From an uncultured delta proteobacterium (GTDB taxonomy: Bacteria; Desulfobacterota; RBG-13-43-22), in the NCBI GenBank assembly GCA_963802945.1, contig CAWDKY010000029.1, positions 211,936 to 275,935 of the forward strand: 64,000 bases of DNA. Reading direction: 5' to 3'. Positions 31,478 to 41,766 of the stretch are shown in pieces. How positions within the stretch are numbered: the stretch's first letter is position 1; each line of letters starts with the position of its first letter. Made by a program: the position numbers and the translations under genes. The notes beneath the pieces were generated by a model. The model was not told the DNA's origin. It worked only from the letters and a program-made list of their open reading frames with translations, and searched no databases.

Positions 31478-32356
31478 ATGGCAGAGAAAAAAAGCGAAAA
31501 CTGGGCATCGTGGATAGAATCCGTTATCCTGGATTTCATTGAACGTTCTCCAAAGAACACCCTTCAAAACCAGGCCCAGGACAAGGCCTTTGAAAATCCT
31601 CTGGTCGGTTTTTCCCGGGGAGATGATCCCATCTTTGAAACCTTTAAAGAGCACGTCGGCCCATTTCACTGGACCCCTTCGGAGATATTTTCCTTAACCT
31701 TTCCGGAAACGACATTCCGGCCGGGAGAACTGACGGTCATCAGCTATCTTTTATCTCAGACCAAGGAAACCAAGGCCGACAATCGGAAAGAGAAGCTTTA
31801 TCCTTCCGATCGCTGGGTCAGGGCCCGCATATTCGGAGAGGAGGTGAATGTTAAACTGCGCCAGGCCGTTGTTTCGGCTTTGCAAGAAAAGGGAATTCCG
31901 GCTGTCGCTCCCCAGCTTTCCCCTCTTTGGGAACAAAAAAGATCAGACCGATTCGTCTTTTCCTCAACCTGGTCGGAGCGGCACGTAGCCCATGCCTCCG
32001 GTCTGGGAACCTTTGGGGTCTGCGACGGCCTGATCACTCCCCGCGGCAAGGCCATGCGTACCGGCTCGGTGGTGGCCGCTGTTAAAATCCCTCCAACCCC
32101 CCGGCCTTATAGCCAACATCAGGCTTATTGTCTTTTTTTCAGTCAAGGGATTTGCGGAAAATGTATCAAACGATGTCCTGCCGGCGCTTTAAGCGAAAAA
32201 GGTCATGACAAACTTAAATGCTTCAACTACATCAGGGGAAATGTCCTCCCTTATGTAAAGTCACATTATGGCTTTGAAGGCTATGGATGCGGTTTGTGCC
32301 AGACCGGGGTCCCCTGCGAATCCAGGATTCCGGTAAAGCAGGACGTAAAAGACTGA
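31478..32356 (+). CDS. Epoxyqueuosine reductase-like (QueG/RdhA family) 4Fe-4S protein
   Basis: WSERHVAHASGLGTFG, CGKCIKRCP, GCGLCQTGVPC; downstream of queCE. Confidence 0.75.
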   Translation: MAEKKSENWASWIESVILDFIERSPKNTLQNQAQDKAFENPLVGFSRGDDPIFETFKEHVGPFHWTPSEIFSLTFPETTFRPGELTVISYLLSQTKETKADNRKEKLYPSDRWVRARIFGEEVNVKLRQAVVSALQEKGIPAVAPQLSPLWEQKRSDRFVFSSTWSERHVAHASGLGTFGVCDGLITPRGKAMRTGSVVAAVKIPPTPRPYSQHQAYCLFFSQGICGKCIKRCPAGALSEKGHDKLKCFNYIRGNVLPYVKSHYGFEGYGCGLCQTGVPCESRIPVKQDVKD

Positions 32357-32397
32357 CTTAAGACAGTTCGCTATCAATAAAAGGTGGAGGTCTTCTT

Positions 32398-33789
32398 TTA
32401 AAAGACCTCGGCCGAAAAGACTTGGATTTTTGTTTTTTTATCCTTCCAGGTGTCTTTGGGAAGCCCGGCCTTTTGACAGGTTTGTTCCAGAAAGGTTTGG
32501 GTATCCCAGCCGTATTCAGTGGCCACCTGGGGCAGGAGAAGGCCGGAGTTAAATCCCCTTTCGATAAACAATCCATGTATGCCCACCTGTATTTCCTTAA
32601 TGTCCTGGATCTGACGTAAAGGGGTCAAGGCCGAGATCTCGATAGAAAGGTCTTTGAGTTCCCTTTCGGAGAGTGGCGGAAATCGGGGATCTTGGAAGGC
32701 AGCCGCCTGGGCCATGTCAATCACGGTTTGCGAAAGGGGTTTTAAAGCCTGAATATGGCCGATACATCCGCGCAGTTGGCCCTGGGTTTTTAGGGTTACA
32801 AAGGCCCCTTTTTTTTCGGAAAGCCTCTTGGTCTCCCCATCACGGCTGGGCATGGGGTGGCCCAAAAGACGGTGTTCGATGGCCCCTCTGGCCAACCTAT
32901 GTAAAAAGTTTTTTTCCTCTTTGGAAAAATCATTTTCTTTTTGTTTTCCTTTCCCCTGATTTGAGTTGAAAATGGCCGCAGCCATATAGCCCACCACACT
33001 GGAGTGATCGCCGGAAACATCCCCGGAATTGGCATAGTTCAAAACATAAGCCTGATCAGCCAGAAGGAGCTTGGCCGTTTTCATCACCGTAACCAGGGGA
33101 CCAGCACCGCAAGCTTCCGATTTTTCTTTGGTTATATCCTCCATTAACCCCTTTTCATCAAAAGCCAACACCCGGTCTATGACTTTTTTATCCAGGGCTT
33201 TGGCTTGTTCATAGGAATGAAAATGGGACAGATCGGTACTGGCCACCAATAAAGCCTTTTCCCCCTTAAGAACCTCGGCCAAAGCTTGGGCCATTGCTTC
33301 ACAGGTTGATGGATCCTGAGAACCTTGAATGATGGGCACAATTGAAAAATTAGGAAGGATTTCCTGGAGAAAAGGAAGCTGGATCTCCAGGGAATGTTCC
33401 TGGGCATGTCCTGCCGGGACAAACTTAAAAACAGGACTTTTTTCGGAAAGGGACCGGGCTAATACTCGATCCACAGGGATTATTCCTAACGGGGTTTCAT
33501 AGCCGGTCTTTTGATCGATAGAGGCCCCTTTAAAAGGGTAACGGTGACTGGGGGCAATAATGACGACCCGAGTAAAGGGCCTGGTTGATAAGAGCTTATA
33601 GGCATGGGCAGCCACCCCCCCGGAATAGACATGGCCTGCATGGGGGACGATCAGAGCGATCAGTTCTCCGGATATTTCCGGTGTATCAGGAACCGCCCGG
33701 AAAAAGTTTCGGATCTGGGACCGCAGGATTTCCGGATTATCAGGATACCAACTGCCGGCAATAATGGATTTTCTGATGTCTTGTGTCAT
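32398..33789 (-). CDS. AmmeMemoRadiSAM system protein B (MEMO1)-protein A (AMMECR1) fusion
   Basis: AGSWYP, PHAGHVYSG, EHSLEIQLPFLQ, STDLSH, ACG; then GAFVTL..LRGCIG, DPRF, LLLPQV; AGGAGG SD before 33789. Confidence 0.92.
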   Translation of the reverse strand: MTQDIRKSIIAGSWYPDNPEILRSQIRNFFRAVPDTPEISGELIALIVPHAGHVYSGGVAAHAYKLLSTRPFTRVVIIAPSHRYPFKGASIDQKTGYETPLGIIPVDRVLARSLSEKSPVFKFVPAGHAQEHSLEIQLPFLQEILPNFSIVPIIQGSQDPSTCEAMAQALAEVLKGEKALLVASTDLSHFHSYEQAKALDKKVIDRVLAFDEKGLMEDITKEKSEACGAGPLVTVMKTAKLLLADQAYVLNYANSGDVSGDHSSVVGYMAAAIFNSNQGKGKQKENDFSKEEKNFLHRLARGAIEHRLLGHPMPSRDGETKRLSEKKGAFVTLKTQGQLRGCIGHIQALKPLSQTVIDMAQAAAFQDPRFPPLSERELKDLSIEISALTPLRQIQDIKEIQVGIHGLFIERGFNSGLLLPQVATEYGWDTQTFLEQTCQKAGLPKDTWKDKKTKIQVFSAEVF

Positions 33790-34014
33790 GGCAGGCCTCC
33801 TTGATTGGGATGTAGGAAGGATCGGCTCTCCAAAGAGATCGGTTGTCCCTCCAAAGAATACCATAGAAAAAACTAAACCCCAGACAATTAAATAGATCCG
33901 GGGCAATGTCTGTTGTTGGCAGGCGTAAGCATGCCTATTGAATACGCCATGGTCAAGATGAAAGCTGATAGCTCGAAGCTGAAGGCAAAAGTCTTCTCTT
34001 TGAGCCATGGGCGA

Positions 34015-35028
34015 TTATACCTTATAATAGTCTTTATACCATTCTACAAAGTACTTAATCCCATTTTCAATGGAAGTGGCTGGTTTGAACCCTGCATCCC
34101 TAGTCAGATCCTCCACATCGGCAAAGGTGGCCGGTACATCTCCGGGCTGAAGGGGCATGAGATTTTTAATGGCTTTTTTCCCCAGGCAATCCTCCAGAAT
34201 CTCGATGAAGTATAAAAGTTCCACCGGGTGGTTATTGCCGATATTATATAATCGATAAGGGGCATAACTGGTCGCGGTATCCGGCTGCCGGCCGTTCCAC
34301 TGCGGATTGGGTTCAGGGATCTTGTCCATAATCCGGGCCACCCCCTCGATGATATCGTCAATGTAAGTGAAGTCCCGCTGCATCTTCCCATAGTTGTAGA
34401 CCTCAATGGGCTTTCCTTCTAAGATGGCTCGGGTAAAAATAAACAAGGCCATATCCGGTCGGCCCCAGGGTCCATAGACCGTAAAAAGGCGAAGACCGGT
34501 ACAAGGTAGTTGGTATAAACTCGCATAAGTATGGGCCATGAGTTCGTTGGCCTTCTTGGTGGCTGCATATAAGGAGACCGGGTGATCGACATTGTCATGA
34601 ACCGAAAAGGGCATCCGGGTATTGGCCCCGTAAACAGAACTGGAAGAGGCAAAGACCAGGTGCTTGACCTGATGATGCCGGCACCCTTCCAGGATATTTA
34701 AAAACCCCAGGAGATTGGTTTCGGCATAGGCATAGGGATTGATCAGGGAATAACGTACCCCGGCTTGAGCGGCCAGATTGACCACCATATCAAATCCCTG
34801 TTCGGCAAAAAGAACGGATAGGTTTCGACGATCGGAAAGGTCGATTTTGACAAAATGAAAATTGAGATTAGATTCAATCTCCTTCAGACGATCCAGTTTC
34901 AACCGGACATCATAATACTCATTCAGATTGTCTAGACCAATTACTTGATGCCCTGCATTCAAAAGCCGTCGGCAGAGATGAAAACCGATAAAACCGGCAG
35001 CGCCGGTGACTAAAATTTTTCGGGGCAT
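34015..35028 (-). CDS. NAD-dependent epimerase (UDP-glucuronate 4-epimerase-like)
   Basis: [34 protein letters not shown]. Confidence 0.93.
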   Translation of the reverse strand: MPRKILVTGAAGFIGFHLCRRLLNAGHQVIGLDNLNEYYDVRLKLDRLKEIESNLNFHFVKIDLSDRRNLSVLFAEQGFDMVVNLAAQAGVRYSLINPYAYAETNLLGFLNILEGCRHHQVKHLVFASSSSVYGANTRMPFSVHDNVDHPVSLYAATKKANELMAHTYASLYQLPCTGLRLFTVYGPWGRPDMALFIFTRAILEGKPIEVYNYGKMQRDFTYIDDIIEGVARIMDKIPEPNPQWNGRQPDTATSYAPYRLYNIGNNHPVELLYFIEILEDCLGKKAIKNLMPLQPGDVPATFADVEDLTRDAGFKPATSIENGIKYFVEWYKDYYKV

Positions 35029-35312
35029 AGAATCTTTCCGGTTGCCTATGATAAAAGATTATTTTGTAATTATACCATACTTTAGTAAAAAATATCAGAC
35101 AGTGTCAAGCCCCTTTTGTTTTGCGTTTTTCTAAAGCAACCTTCACTTGCCCCCATTGGATATTTTGTGATATAAAGACCTAACGATCAGAAATGAATTT
35201 TTAGGGAATCCTTTCAGAGAAACCGAAGAAGGATTTTACATAAATACCTTATCCCAAAAACCATGGGAACTTTTTTCGTTGTAGGGGGACCGGAGATGAA
35301 AGAGGCTTTGGG

Positions 35313-35885
35313 GTGTCGGTAAAATTTTTACAACTTCTCTATCTTTTCCAAGCATACGGTTATTTGATTATTTTTACCGGGACCTTCTTTGAGGGAGAGA
35401 CGACCCTAGTGCTGGGAGGCCTGCTCTCCCATCAGGGTCATCTGAACTTTTGGATCGTCATCGCCACTGCCGTTTCGGCCTCTTATATAGGGCACCTGTT
35501 CTTTTATTTAATGGGTAAAACCGCTTCCCCCTGGGTCCTGCTCAAGTTTCCCAAATTTCGGTTAAAAATACAACAGGCGGAACACCTCATCCGCCGTTAT
35601 GAAACCACAAGCCTTTTCATCACCCAATATGTCTTCGGGTTTCGTTTGGCCAGCGCCATGGCCTTCGGTATCCTGGGTATGAAAATCTCCAAGTTTCTTG
35701 TCCTGCAAGTGGTCAGTTGTACCCTTTGGGCCATTCTTTTTACGGCTCTGGGCTTTTTAGTCGGGAATTCATGTGAAAGTATAGTCAAAAATATTGATTG
35801 GGCCATTTTGATCATCCTGGTAACAGGGTTCTTGATAGCCATCATTGGACGGAAATTTTTTGATTACTGGTTTCGCTCCCAGTGA
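35313..35885 (+). CDS. DedA-family membrane protein
   Basis: YGYLIIF.GTFFEGE and multiple TM segments. Confidence 0.88.
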   Translation: MSVKFLQLLYLFQAYGYLIIFTGTFFEGETTLVLGGLLSHQGHLNFWIVIATAVSASYIGHLFFYLMGKTASPWVLLKFPKFRLKIQQAEHLIRRYETTSLFITQYVFGFRLASAMAFGILGMKISKFLVLQVVSCTLWAILFTALGFLVGNSCESIVKNIDWAILIILVTGFLIAIIGRKFFDYWFRSQ

Positions 35886-35959
35886 TATAATGACTCTCAG
35901 GGTTGAAGGAAAAAGGAAATAAGGTATCTTTTCCCTTTTCTTGGTATGTTTATGACCAT

Positions 35960-36043
35960 GAATTCAGAAGCCAGAAGTCAGAAGAGAATCCCATCCCTTT
36001 TCCCATTTCTTCTGAATTCTGGATTCTGAATCCTGGATTCTAT
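35960..36043. repeat. Inverted array of 7-mer repeats (CAGAAGT / TCTGRAT)
   Basis: TCAGAAGCCAGAAGTCAGAAG ... TTCTGAATTCTGGATTCTGAATCCTGGATTCT. Confidence 0.75.
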
Positions 36044-36061
36044 CTTTAATGGAATACCTTT

Positions 36062-37912
36062 ATGCCTATTGAAAAAAAGACCCATTTTTCCATCTGGTAT
36101 TTTGTTTTGGCCATGATTATTTTGATGGCCTTTCAGACTTATTTCATGGCCGACCAAGTGGGCCAGATTCCCTATAATGAGTTCAAGATACTATTAAAAA
36201 ATAACAAGCTGTCTAATATCGTCATTTATGATGACCTTATTTCCGGTAAAGTCAGGGCCGCGGAAATAGAAGGACTGGTTTCTTCAGACACCATCAAACA
36301 ACTGGGGAAAGGGAAAGGTGAGCTTTCGTTTATAACGGCCCGCGTGCAGGACCCGGAGCTGGTTAAGGATCTTGAATCGGTAGGCGTAAAATTTACCGGG
36401 AAACTGGAAAACAAGTTGGTTAAATTTTTTACCAACTGGATCCTTCCTATGATCTTTTTTGTGGCGGTTTGGTTTTTTTTAATGCGCCGGATGGGGGGAG
36501 CCAGCGGCGGTCTGATGTCTATCGGGAAAAGTAAGGCCAAAGTTTATATGGAAAAAGATATTAATATAAAATTTGATGATGTGGCCGGGATCGATGAGGC
36601 CAAGGAAGAACTTCAAGAAGTCATCGAATTTTTGAAGTTCCCCCAAAAGTTTCAGCGGCTGGGCGGCAAGATTCCCAAAGGGGTTTTATTGGTTGGTGCC
36701 CCGGGGACAGGCAAGACGCTCCTGGCCAAGGCCGTGGCCGGGGAAGCCGGTGTACCTTTTTTCAGTATGAGCGGCTCTGATTTTGTGGAGATGTTTGTCG
36801 GAGTGGGGGCGGCGCGGGTTCGGGATTTGTTTACCCAGGCCCAGCAAAAGGCCCCTTGTATCATCTTTGTCGATGAATTGGACGCCATAGGCAAGGCCCG
36901 GGGGATCAACCCTATGGGGGGGCACGATGAACGTGAACAGACCTTGAATCAGCTTCTGGTTGAGATGGACGGGTTCAACACCGAAAAGGGCGTTATTATT
37001 ATGGCCGCCACCAACCGACCTGAAATCCTCGATCCGGCCTTGCTTCGCCCCGGTCGTTTCGATCGGCATGTGATGATCGATAAACCCGATGTTCAGGGCA
37101 GGGAAGCGATCCTCCGTGTCCACAGCAAAGGAGTCACCCTGGCACCGCAGGTGGACTTGAAGGTGATTGCCGCCCGCACTCCCGGTTTTGTCGGGGCCGA
37201 TTTGGCCAACATTGTCAACGAAGCGGCCTTGCTGGCAGCCCGGAAGGATAAAAAAGAGGTGGACATGAAGGATTTTGATGAAGCCATCGATCGGGTTATT
37301 GCCGGCCTGGAAAAGAAGAACCGGAGGATGAATGAAAAAGAAAAAGAGATCGTGGCGTTTCATGAAGCCGGCCATGCCATTGTGGCCGAAACCCTGCCCA
37401 ACGCCGATCCGGTTCACAAGGTCTCCGTCATACCCAGAGGGATCGGGGCCCTGGGTTACACTCAGCAACTGCCCACCGAAGACAGATACCTTATGACCAA
37501 AGGGGAATTAATGGATCGAATGGGTGTTCTTTTGGGAGGCCGGATCGCCGAAGAACTCCATTTCAAGGAGATCTCCACCGGGGCCCAGAACGACTTACTG
37601 CGGGCCACGGATATTGCCGAACGGATGGTTCGTGAATATGGGATGAGCGATCTGGGAGTGGTCACTTTTGAAAAAGAAAGGCGGCCTTTATTTCTGGAAA
37701 CTGGAATGGGATACGACACCGGCCGCTCCATCAGCGAAGAGACCTCCAGGTTGATTGATCAGGAAGTGAAAAAGATCATCGAGCAGGCGAAAGAAATAGC
37801 CGGCCAAATATTAAAAGAGCATTTGAATCAATTGACTACCCTAGCCCATCGTCTGCTGGAAAAAGAGGTGGTCGAAGGAGAGGAATTAAGAGAGATACTG
37901 GCTAAAAGCTGA
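36062..37912 (+). CDS. ftsH: ATP-dependent zinc metalloprotease FtsH
   Basis: Two TM segments, [29 protein letters not shown]. Confidence 0.96.
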   Translation: MPIEKKTHFSIWYFVLAMIILMAFQTYFMADQVGQIPYNEFKILLKNNKLSNIVIYDDLISGKVRAAEIEGLVSSDTIKQLGKGKGELSFITARVQDPELVKDLESVGVKFTGKLENKLVKFFTNWILPMIFFVAVWFFLMRRMGGASGGLMSIGKSKAKVYMEKDINIKFDDVAGIDEAKEELQEVIEFLKFPQKFQRLGGKIPKGVLLVGAPGTGKTLLAKAVAGEAGVPFFSMSGSDFVEMFVGVGAARVRDLFTQAQQKAPCIIFVDELDAIGKARGINPMGGHDEREQTLNQLLVEMDGFNTEKGVIIMAATNRPEILDPALLRPGRFDRHVMIDKPDVQGREAILRVHSKGVTLAPQVDLKVIAARTPGFVGADLANIVNEAALLAARKDKKEVDMKDFDEAIDRVIAGLEKKNRRMNEKEKEIVAFHEAGHAIVAETLPNADPVHKVSVIPRGIGALGYTQQLPTEDRYLMTKGELMDRMGVLLGGRIAEELHFKEISTGAQNDLLRATDIAERMVREYGMSDLGVVTFEKERRPLFLETGMGYDTGRSISEETSRLIDQEVKKIIEQAKEIAGQILKEHLNQLTTLAHRLLEKEVVEGEELREILAKS

Positions 37913-38030
37913 CCGCTAAAAGAATTCAAGTCCTGGAATCCTCGGCCCCTTTTTAATATTAAACATCCGGCCTTCGGCCTTGGGGATTAGAAATTAAGAC
38001 TGTTTTCATAATACAAGACTGATTAATACT

Positions 38031-39131
38031 ATGTTTATGACCTGGTATAAAAACAGTGCCATCTATTCCCTCTGGACTCGATATAAATTTATATCCTGGT
38101 ATTGGGAGATCCTCCCTATATTCATTCTGTTGGCCTTCATTTTCATTCTGGATCAATTCTATTCAACCAAAATTCCACCGGAGATCCTTCACCGGTTTTA
38201 CTATCTGCCCATCGTATTAAGCGGACTTCTTTTCGGTTTTAAAGGAGGTATTCTATCGGCCGTCGTGGTTACCTTTTTATTTATTCCCCACTGGGTGCCT
38301 TTGTTTCCTAACGCCGCTCCCCATAATGCTTATCTTGATGAAGTAGTCCTTTTTTATGCCTTTGGGATCCTGATCGGATTATTAGTCGATCGTGAGAGGC
38401 TCGAAACCCAAATGAGACAGGATCAGGAACACCTGGCTGTTCTTGGAGAGGCAGCGGCCACGGTAGCCCATGAATTAAAAAATCCGGTTATTACCATCGG
38501 GGCCTATACTCAAAAAATTCAACAGAAAACCAATCCCGAAGATCCCAACTGGGAACGACTGTCAGTCATTCATCTGGAGTGCCAGCGGATCGAAAACTTG
38601 CTTCAAGACATGATCCATTTTTCTCGGCCGATCAGCCCTGAATTTTCTTTTGTAGATATTAATCATTTGATTAAAGAGGCCCTGAGGATCATTCATCACC
38701 AGGCAGAACAAAATCAAACTCTGTTAAGTCTCGATCTGGACGGAGACCTGCCTTCGATTCAGGCGGATCCAACTCGGCTTACCCAGGTTTTGCATAACCT
38801 GATCCTCAATGCCATTCAGGCTTCGGGTCCTGAACAGCCGATTTTGGTGCGAACCCAGAGACAAAAAGGGTATGTCATCATCGAGGTGGCGGATCTGGGG
38901 CATGGTATACCGTCGGCTTATCAAGAAAAAGTGTTTGCCCCCTTTTTCTCCACTAAAAAAGAAGGTTCGGGGCTTGGACTGGCCGTCTCAAAAAGGATTA
39001 TAGAATTGCATCAGGGGCGATTGTCTTTCCGTACCAATCAGCCTACGGGAACTATTTTTTCCGTCTCGTTGCCCTTGGGCAGGAAGTTCTACCCGTCCCG
39101 TTCCGGCTTTTCAGGCGAACTTAACGGATAG
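38031..39131 (+). CDS. Membrane sensor histidine kinase with no adjacent regulator
   Basis: Four TM segments, AHELKNP, NLILNAIQ, FFSTKKEGSGLGL. Confidence 0.9.
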   Translation: MFMTWYKNSAIYSLWTRYKFISWYWEILPIFILLAFIFILDQFYSTKIPPEILHRFYYLPIVLSGLLFGFKGGILSAVVVTFLFIPHWVPLFPNAAPHNAYLDEVVLFYAFGILIGLLVDRERLETQMRQDQEHLAVLGEAAATVAHELKNPVITIGAYTQKIQQKTNPEDPNWERLSVIHLECQRIENLLQDMIHFSRPISPEFSFVDINHLIKEALRIIHHQAEQNQTLLSLDLDGDLPSIQADPTRLTQVLHNLILNAIQASGPEQPILVRTQRQKGYVIIEVADLGHGIPSAYQEKVFAPFFSTKKEGSGLGLAVSKRIIELHQGRLSFRTNQPTGTIFSVSLPLGRKFYPSRSGFSGELNG

Positions 39132-39516
39132 ATCTTGGTAGCGAACCATCTCCTTTTCCCTATGTCTTTCTCCTGGGGTCGATTATTGCCGTCTGCAACC
39201 TTTCTCCGGCCTGGCGAATCAGAATTCCAGGCCGATCATGATTGCTCCGCTGCCGGGCCTTAAATATTGCGGTTGTTGATGGCAGGTTGATCCTGGCCAT
39301 AGGCCCGAAAAAAGCGAAGATATCGCTCAGGCATTGAGAGAAGGATATCTTCGAAGCTTTAAATCAGGATGCTGATCTGGGGATTTTTAAACGGGTCATA
39401 AAAGGGGTAAGGTCTACTTTTGACTCTTGGTCACAAATAAGACTAAAAACTTTTAAATTCCTCGCTCATCTGTTCGACTTTTAATAATTATCTAATCCTT
39501 CTGATTCTTCCCTAAA

Positions 39517-39580
39517 AACAAAAACCCCATCTCTCTTGTTAAAAAATGGGGCCTTGGTGGGTTGCTTCATGGACCGGCCT
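39517..39580 (-). repeat. 64-bp direct repeat copy A containing a minus-strand terminator
   Basis: 50/64 ungapped identity to 40300-40363 by hand count; CCCCAT...ATGGGG stem plus T-tract on the minus strand. Confidence 0.8.
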
Positions 39581-39644
39581 TTCGAAGTAGTTTCCTGAGA
39601 TATGGTCTGAAAGAAATCAAGGATTCAAACCTAATGGATTGCAA

Positions 39645-39986
39645 TCATAAATTCAAAAGAATCCGAAGACGATCTTCAACAGCATCCAGGGTTACGGGGG
39701 ATACCTGACCCAAACGTTTTGAAAGCCGGCCTTTGGAGATAGAGCGAATATCTTCACATTTGATAAAACTGGGTTTAGTGAGCCCTCCCTCAGGTATGTC
39801 GACAGGAACATGAAAGGGAATACCTTTGGCCCTTGAAGTGATAGATAAAGCTACGACAAGCTCAGCCGGACCTTGGTTAAAAAGATCCACCGAAATAATC
39901 AGTGCCGGTCTTCTTCCAAAAGGCTCTCGACCCTTTGTGGGATTCAAATCAACCAGCCAGACCTCCCCACGTTTCGGTTCGGCCAT
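39645..39986 (-). CDS. mazF: Type II toxin, PemK/MazF family endoribonuclease
   Basis: PKRGEVWLVDLNP.KGRE..GRRPALIIS.D.FN, ITS, CEDIRSISK.RL. Confidence 0.92.
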   Translation of the reverse strand: MAEPKRGEVWLVDLNPTKGREPFGRRPALIISVDLFNQGPAELVVALSITSRAKGIPFHVPVDIPEGGLTKPSFIKCEDIRSISKGRLSKRLGQVSPVTLDAVEDRLRILLNL

Positions 39987-39990
39987 GGCC

Positions 39991-40236
39991 TCAGTCCCCT
40001 TGGCCGTCAGGAAAAGCAGCGTCCCATTGTTTTCTCTCTTCCAGTTCTGCCTCCCAAGACTTCGGATTTTTTCTTAATACCGAATACGCCTTGTTGGCCT
40101 CTTGGAGAAAACGATGCCGTCGGTAGTCTTCGATGGCATCATCCAGGATGGATTGGAGTGTTTTCCTTTCCTCTGAGGCAATCTCCTTTAAAATAGCACT
40201 GGATGTCTTGCTGATACGAACGGTTGAACTTCCCAT
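39991..40236 (-). CDS. Cognate antitoxin (ribbon-helix-helix-like)
   Basis: STVRIS...LKEIA...LDDAIEDY with acidic C-terminus; immediately upstream of the toxin. Confidence 0.82.
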   Translation of the reverse strand: MGSSTVRISKTSSAILKEIASEERKTLQSILDDAIEDYRRHRFLQEANKAYSVLRKNPKSWEAELEERKQWDAAFPDGQGD

Positions 40237-40269
40237 GGCTTCTCCTGACAACTAATTGATTTACGAATA

Positions 40270-40298
40270 TGTATACAAAATTGAAACAATATTGTCAA
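40270..40298 (-). promoter_or_regulatory. TA operon promoter with a palindromic operator candidate
   Basis: TTGACA-17 nt-TATACA; TGTATACA palindrome overlaps the -10 box. Confidence 0.6.
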
Positions 40299-40299
40299 C

Positions 40300-40363
40300 A
40301 ACAAAAAACCCATCTTCTTTTTCAAAAAATGGGGTCTTGATGGACTGCTTCATAGGCCAGTCT
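40300..40363 (-). repeat. 64-bp direct repeat copy B
   Basis: Homologous to 39517-39580. Confidence 0.8.
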
Positions 40364-40503
40364 CAAAAAAACAGGATTCGAGGGTTCAAGGAATTAAACT
40401 CCTTTGCATTTCATTTGAACGGATAATTTAGAATATATCAATTAGTGAGAAGATGTTAGGGAAAAGATGTAAGATTCCCGTGGAAAAAAATTTTAGAATT
40501 TAC

Positions 40504-40532
40504 TTGACACCCAAATTTCTTTTTTATATATT
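40504..40532 (+). promoter_or_regulatory. sigma70-type promoter of the acyl-CoA dehydrogenase-like gene
   Basis: TTGACA-17 nt-TATATT. Confidence 0.65.
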
Positions 40533-40587
40533 CAGTCCAAACAAGTTTTTATCAATTAAATCAATAAATTATAATTAGGATGCAGCT

Positions 40588-41754
40588 ATGGACTTTAAGA
40601 TCAGCGATGAGCAGCGCGCCTTCGTCAAAACGATACGCAAAGTATGCCAGAAAGAGTTTGCTCCGCGGGCTATCCAGTACCTTGACGGCACGTGGCCCCA
40701 GGAGAACATGCGCCGACTTGCCGAGTTGGGCGTTTTGGGAATGGCCGTGCCGCAGGAATACGGCGGGTTAGGCCTGGCTATCCTCGATACCGTATTGGTG
40801 CTCGAAGAAATCGGCAAGGTGTGTTATGTCACTGCTATGGCGGTGCTGGGCGAGGTTGGTGTGCAAACCCTTATCATCGCCCATTATGCGCCCGAGAGCA
40901 TCAAACAAAAAATACTTCCACGCGTGGCCAGCGGTGATGCCATTCTAGCTATCTGCATGACCGAACCCGACGCCGGCACCGATGTTCCCAACTATCGCAC
41001 CAATTGTGAAATCTGGGGCGATCGTCTGGTGCTGAAGGGCGTCAAGACACTGATCAGCCGCGCCGACATCGCTGAGATGTTCGTAGTCTTTACGCGCGTG
41101 AACGGAGTGCCGGGCGCGCGCGGCATCGGCTGCGTACTGGTACCCGGTGGAGTGAAGGGACTTACCGTGAGGGCAAGTTATCACACCATGGGTGGCGAGT
41201 ATCTGTCGGAGGTCATCTTCGAAGATGTTGAATTGCCTTTTGAGAACTTGGTCGTTCGCGAAAACGGCATGAAGCGGCTGCTCTCGGCGTTCAATACTCA
41301 GCGTTGCCTGAATCCCGCCATCTGCCTCGGACTCGCGGAAGGGGCGCTGGAACAAGCCGTACGCTACATGCGTGAGCGTTCAGCCTTCGGCCAGAAGATC
41401 GGTGACTTCCAAGGCCTGCGCTGGAAAGTGGCCGACATGTATATCGAGATCGAGGCGGCGCGTGGCCTGCTCTACCGGGCGGCAGTGAGCGGTGATCAGT
41501 TCCCGGACCCAATGCTCGCTGCCATGGCTAAGATCTACACCAACGAGATGAGCATCCGTGTCACTTCGGAGGCGATCCAGGTGCACGGCGGTTATGGCTT
41601 CACCGACGAATTTGCGGTGTCGCGCTTTTTTCGCGGCGCGCGCTACGGCAGCCTTGGCGGCGGCACCACTGAAACCTTGCGCAACCTTGTCGCCAGGAAG
41701 CTTGTGGAGGACCTGGATCTGGCGACCGGCTGCTTCGGTATGGGAACGTTCTAA
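40588..41754 (+). CDS. Acyl-CoA dehydrogenase-family flavoprotein lacking the catalytic Glu (3-sulfinopropionyl-CoA desulfinase-like)
   Basis: AICMTEPDAG, LSAFNTQR, FGQKIGDFQG, AAVSGDQFPD, QVHGGYG, SLGGGT. Confidence 0.88.
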   Translation: MDFKISDEQRAFVKTIRKVCQKEFAPRAIQYLDGTWPQENMRRLAELGVLGMAVPQEYGGLGLAILDTVLVLEEIGKVCYVTAMAVLGEVGVQTLIIAHYAPESIKQKILPRVASGDAILAICMTEPDAGTDVPNYRTNCEIWGDRLVLKGVKTLISRADIAEMFVVFTRVNGVPGARGIGCVLVPGGVKGLTVRASYHTMGGEYLSEVIFEDVELPFENLVVRENGMKRLLSAFNTQRCLNPAICLGLAEGALEQAVRYMRERSAFGQKIGDFQGLRWKVADMYIEIEAARGLLYRAAVSGDQFPDPMLAAMAKIYTNEMSIRVTSEAIQVHGGYGFTDEFAVSRFFRGARYGSLGGGTTETLRNLVARKLVEDLDLATGCFGMGTF

Positions 41755-41766
41755 TTGCTTACAATC

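Noticed and set aside
36686-37468. 260-aa ORF antisense to ftsH
   Set aside because: Typical shadow frame of a conserved gene
39135-39400. Possible decayed coding fragment (GRLILAI..PEKSEDIAQALRE)
   Set aside because: Too short and frameshifted to assign without a search
39517-40363. TA-flanking repeats as integron attC sites
   Set aside because: No RYYYAAC/GTTRRRY boxes, no full-length palindrome and no integrase in the window
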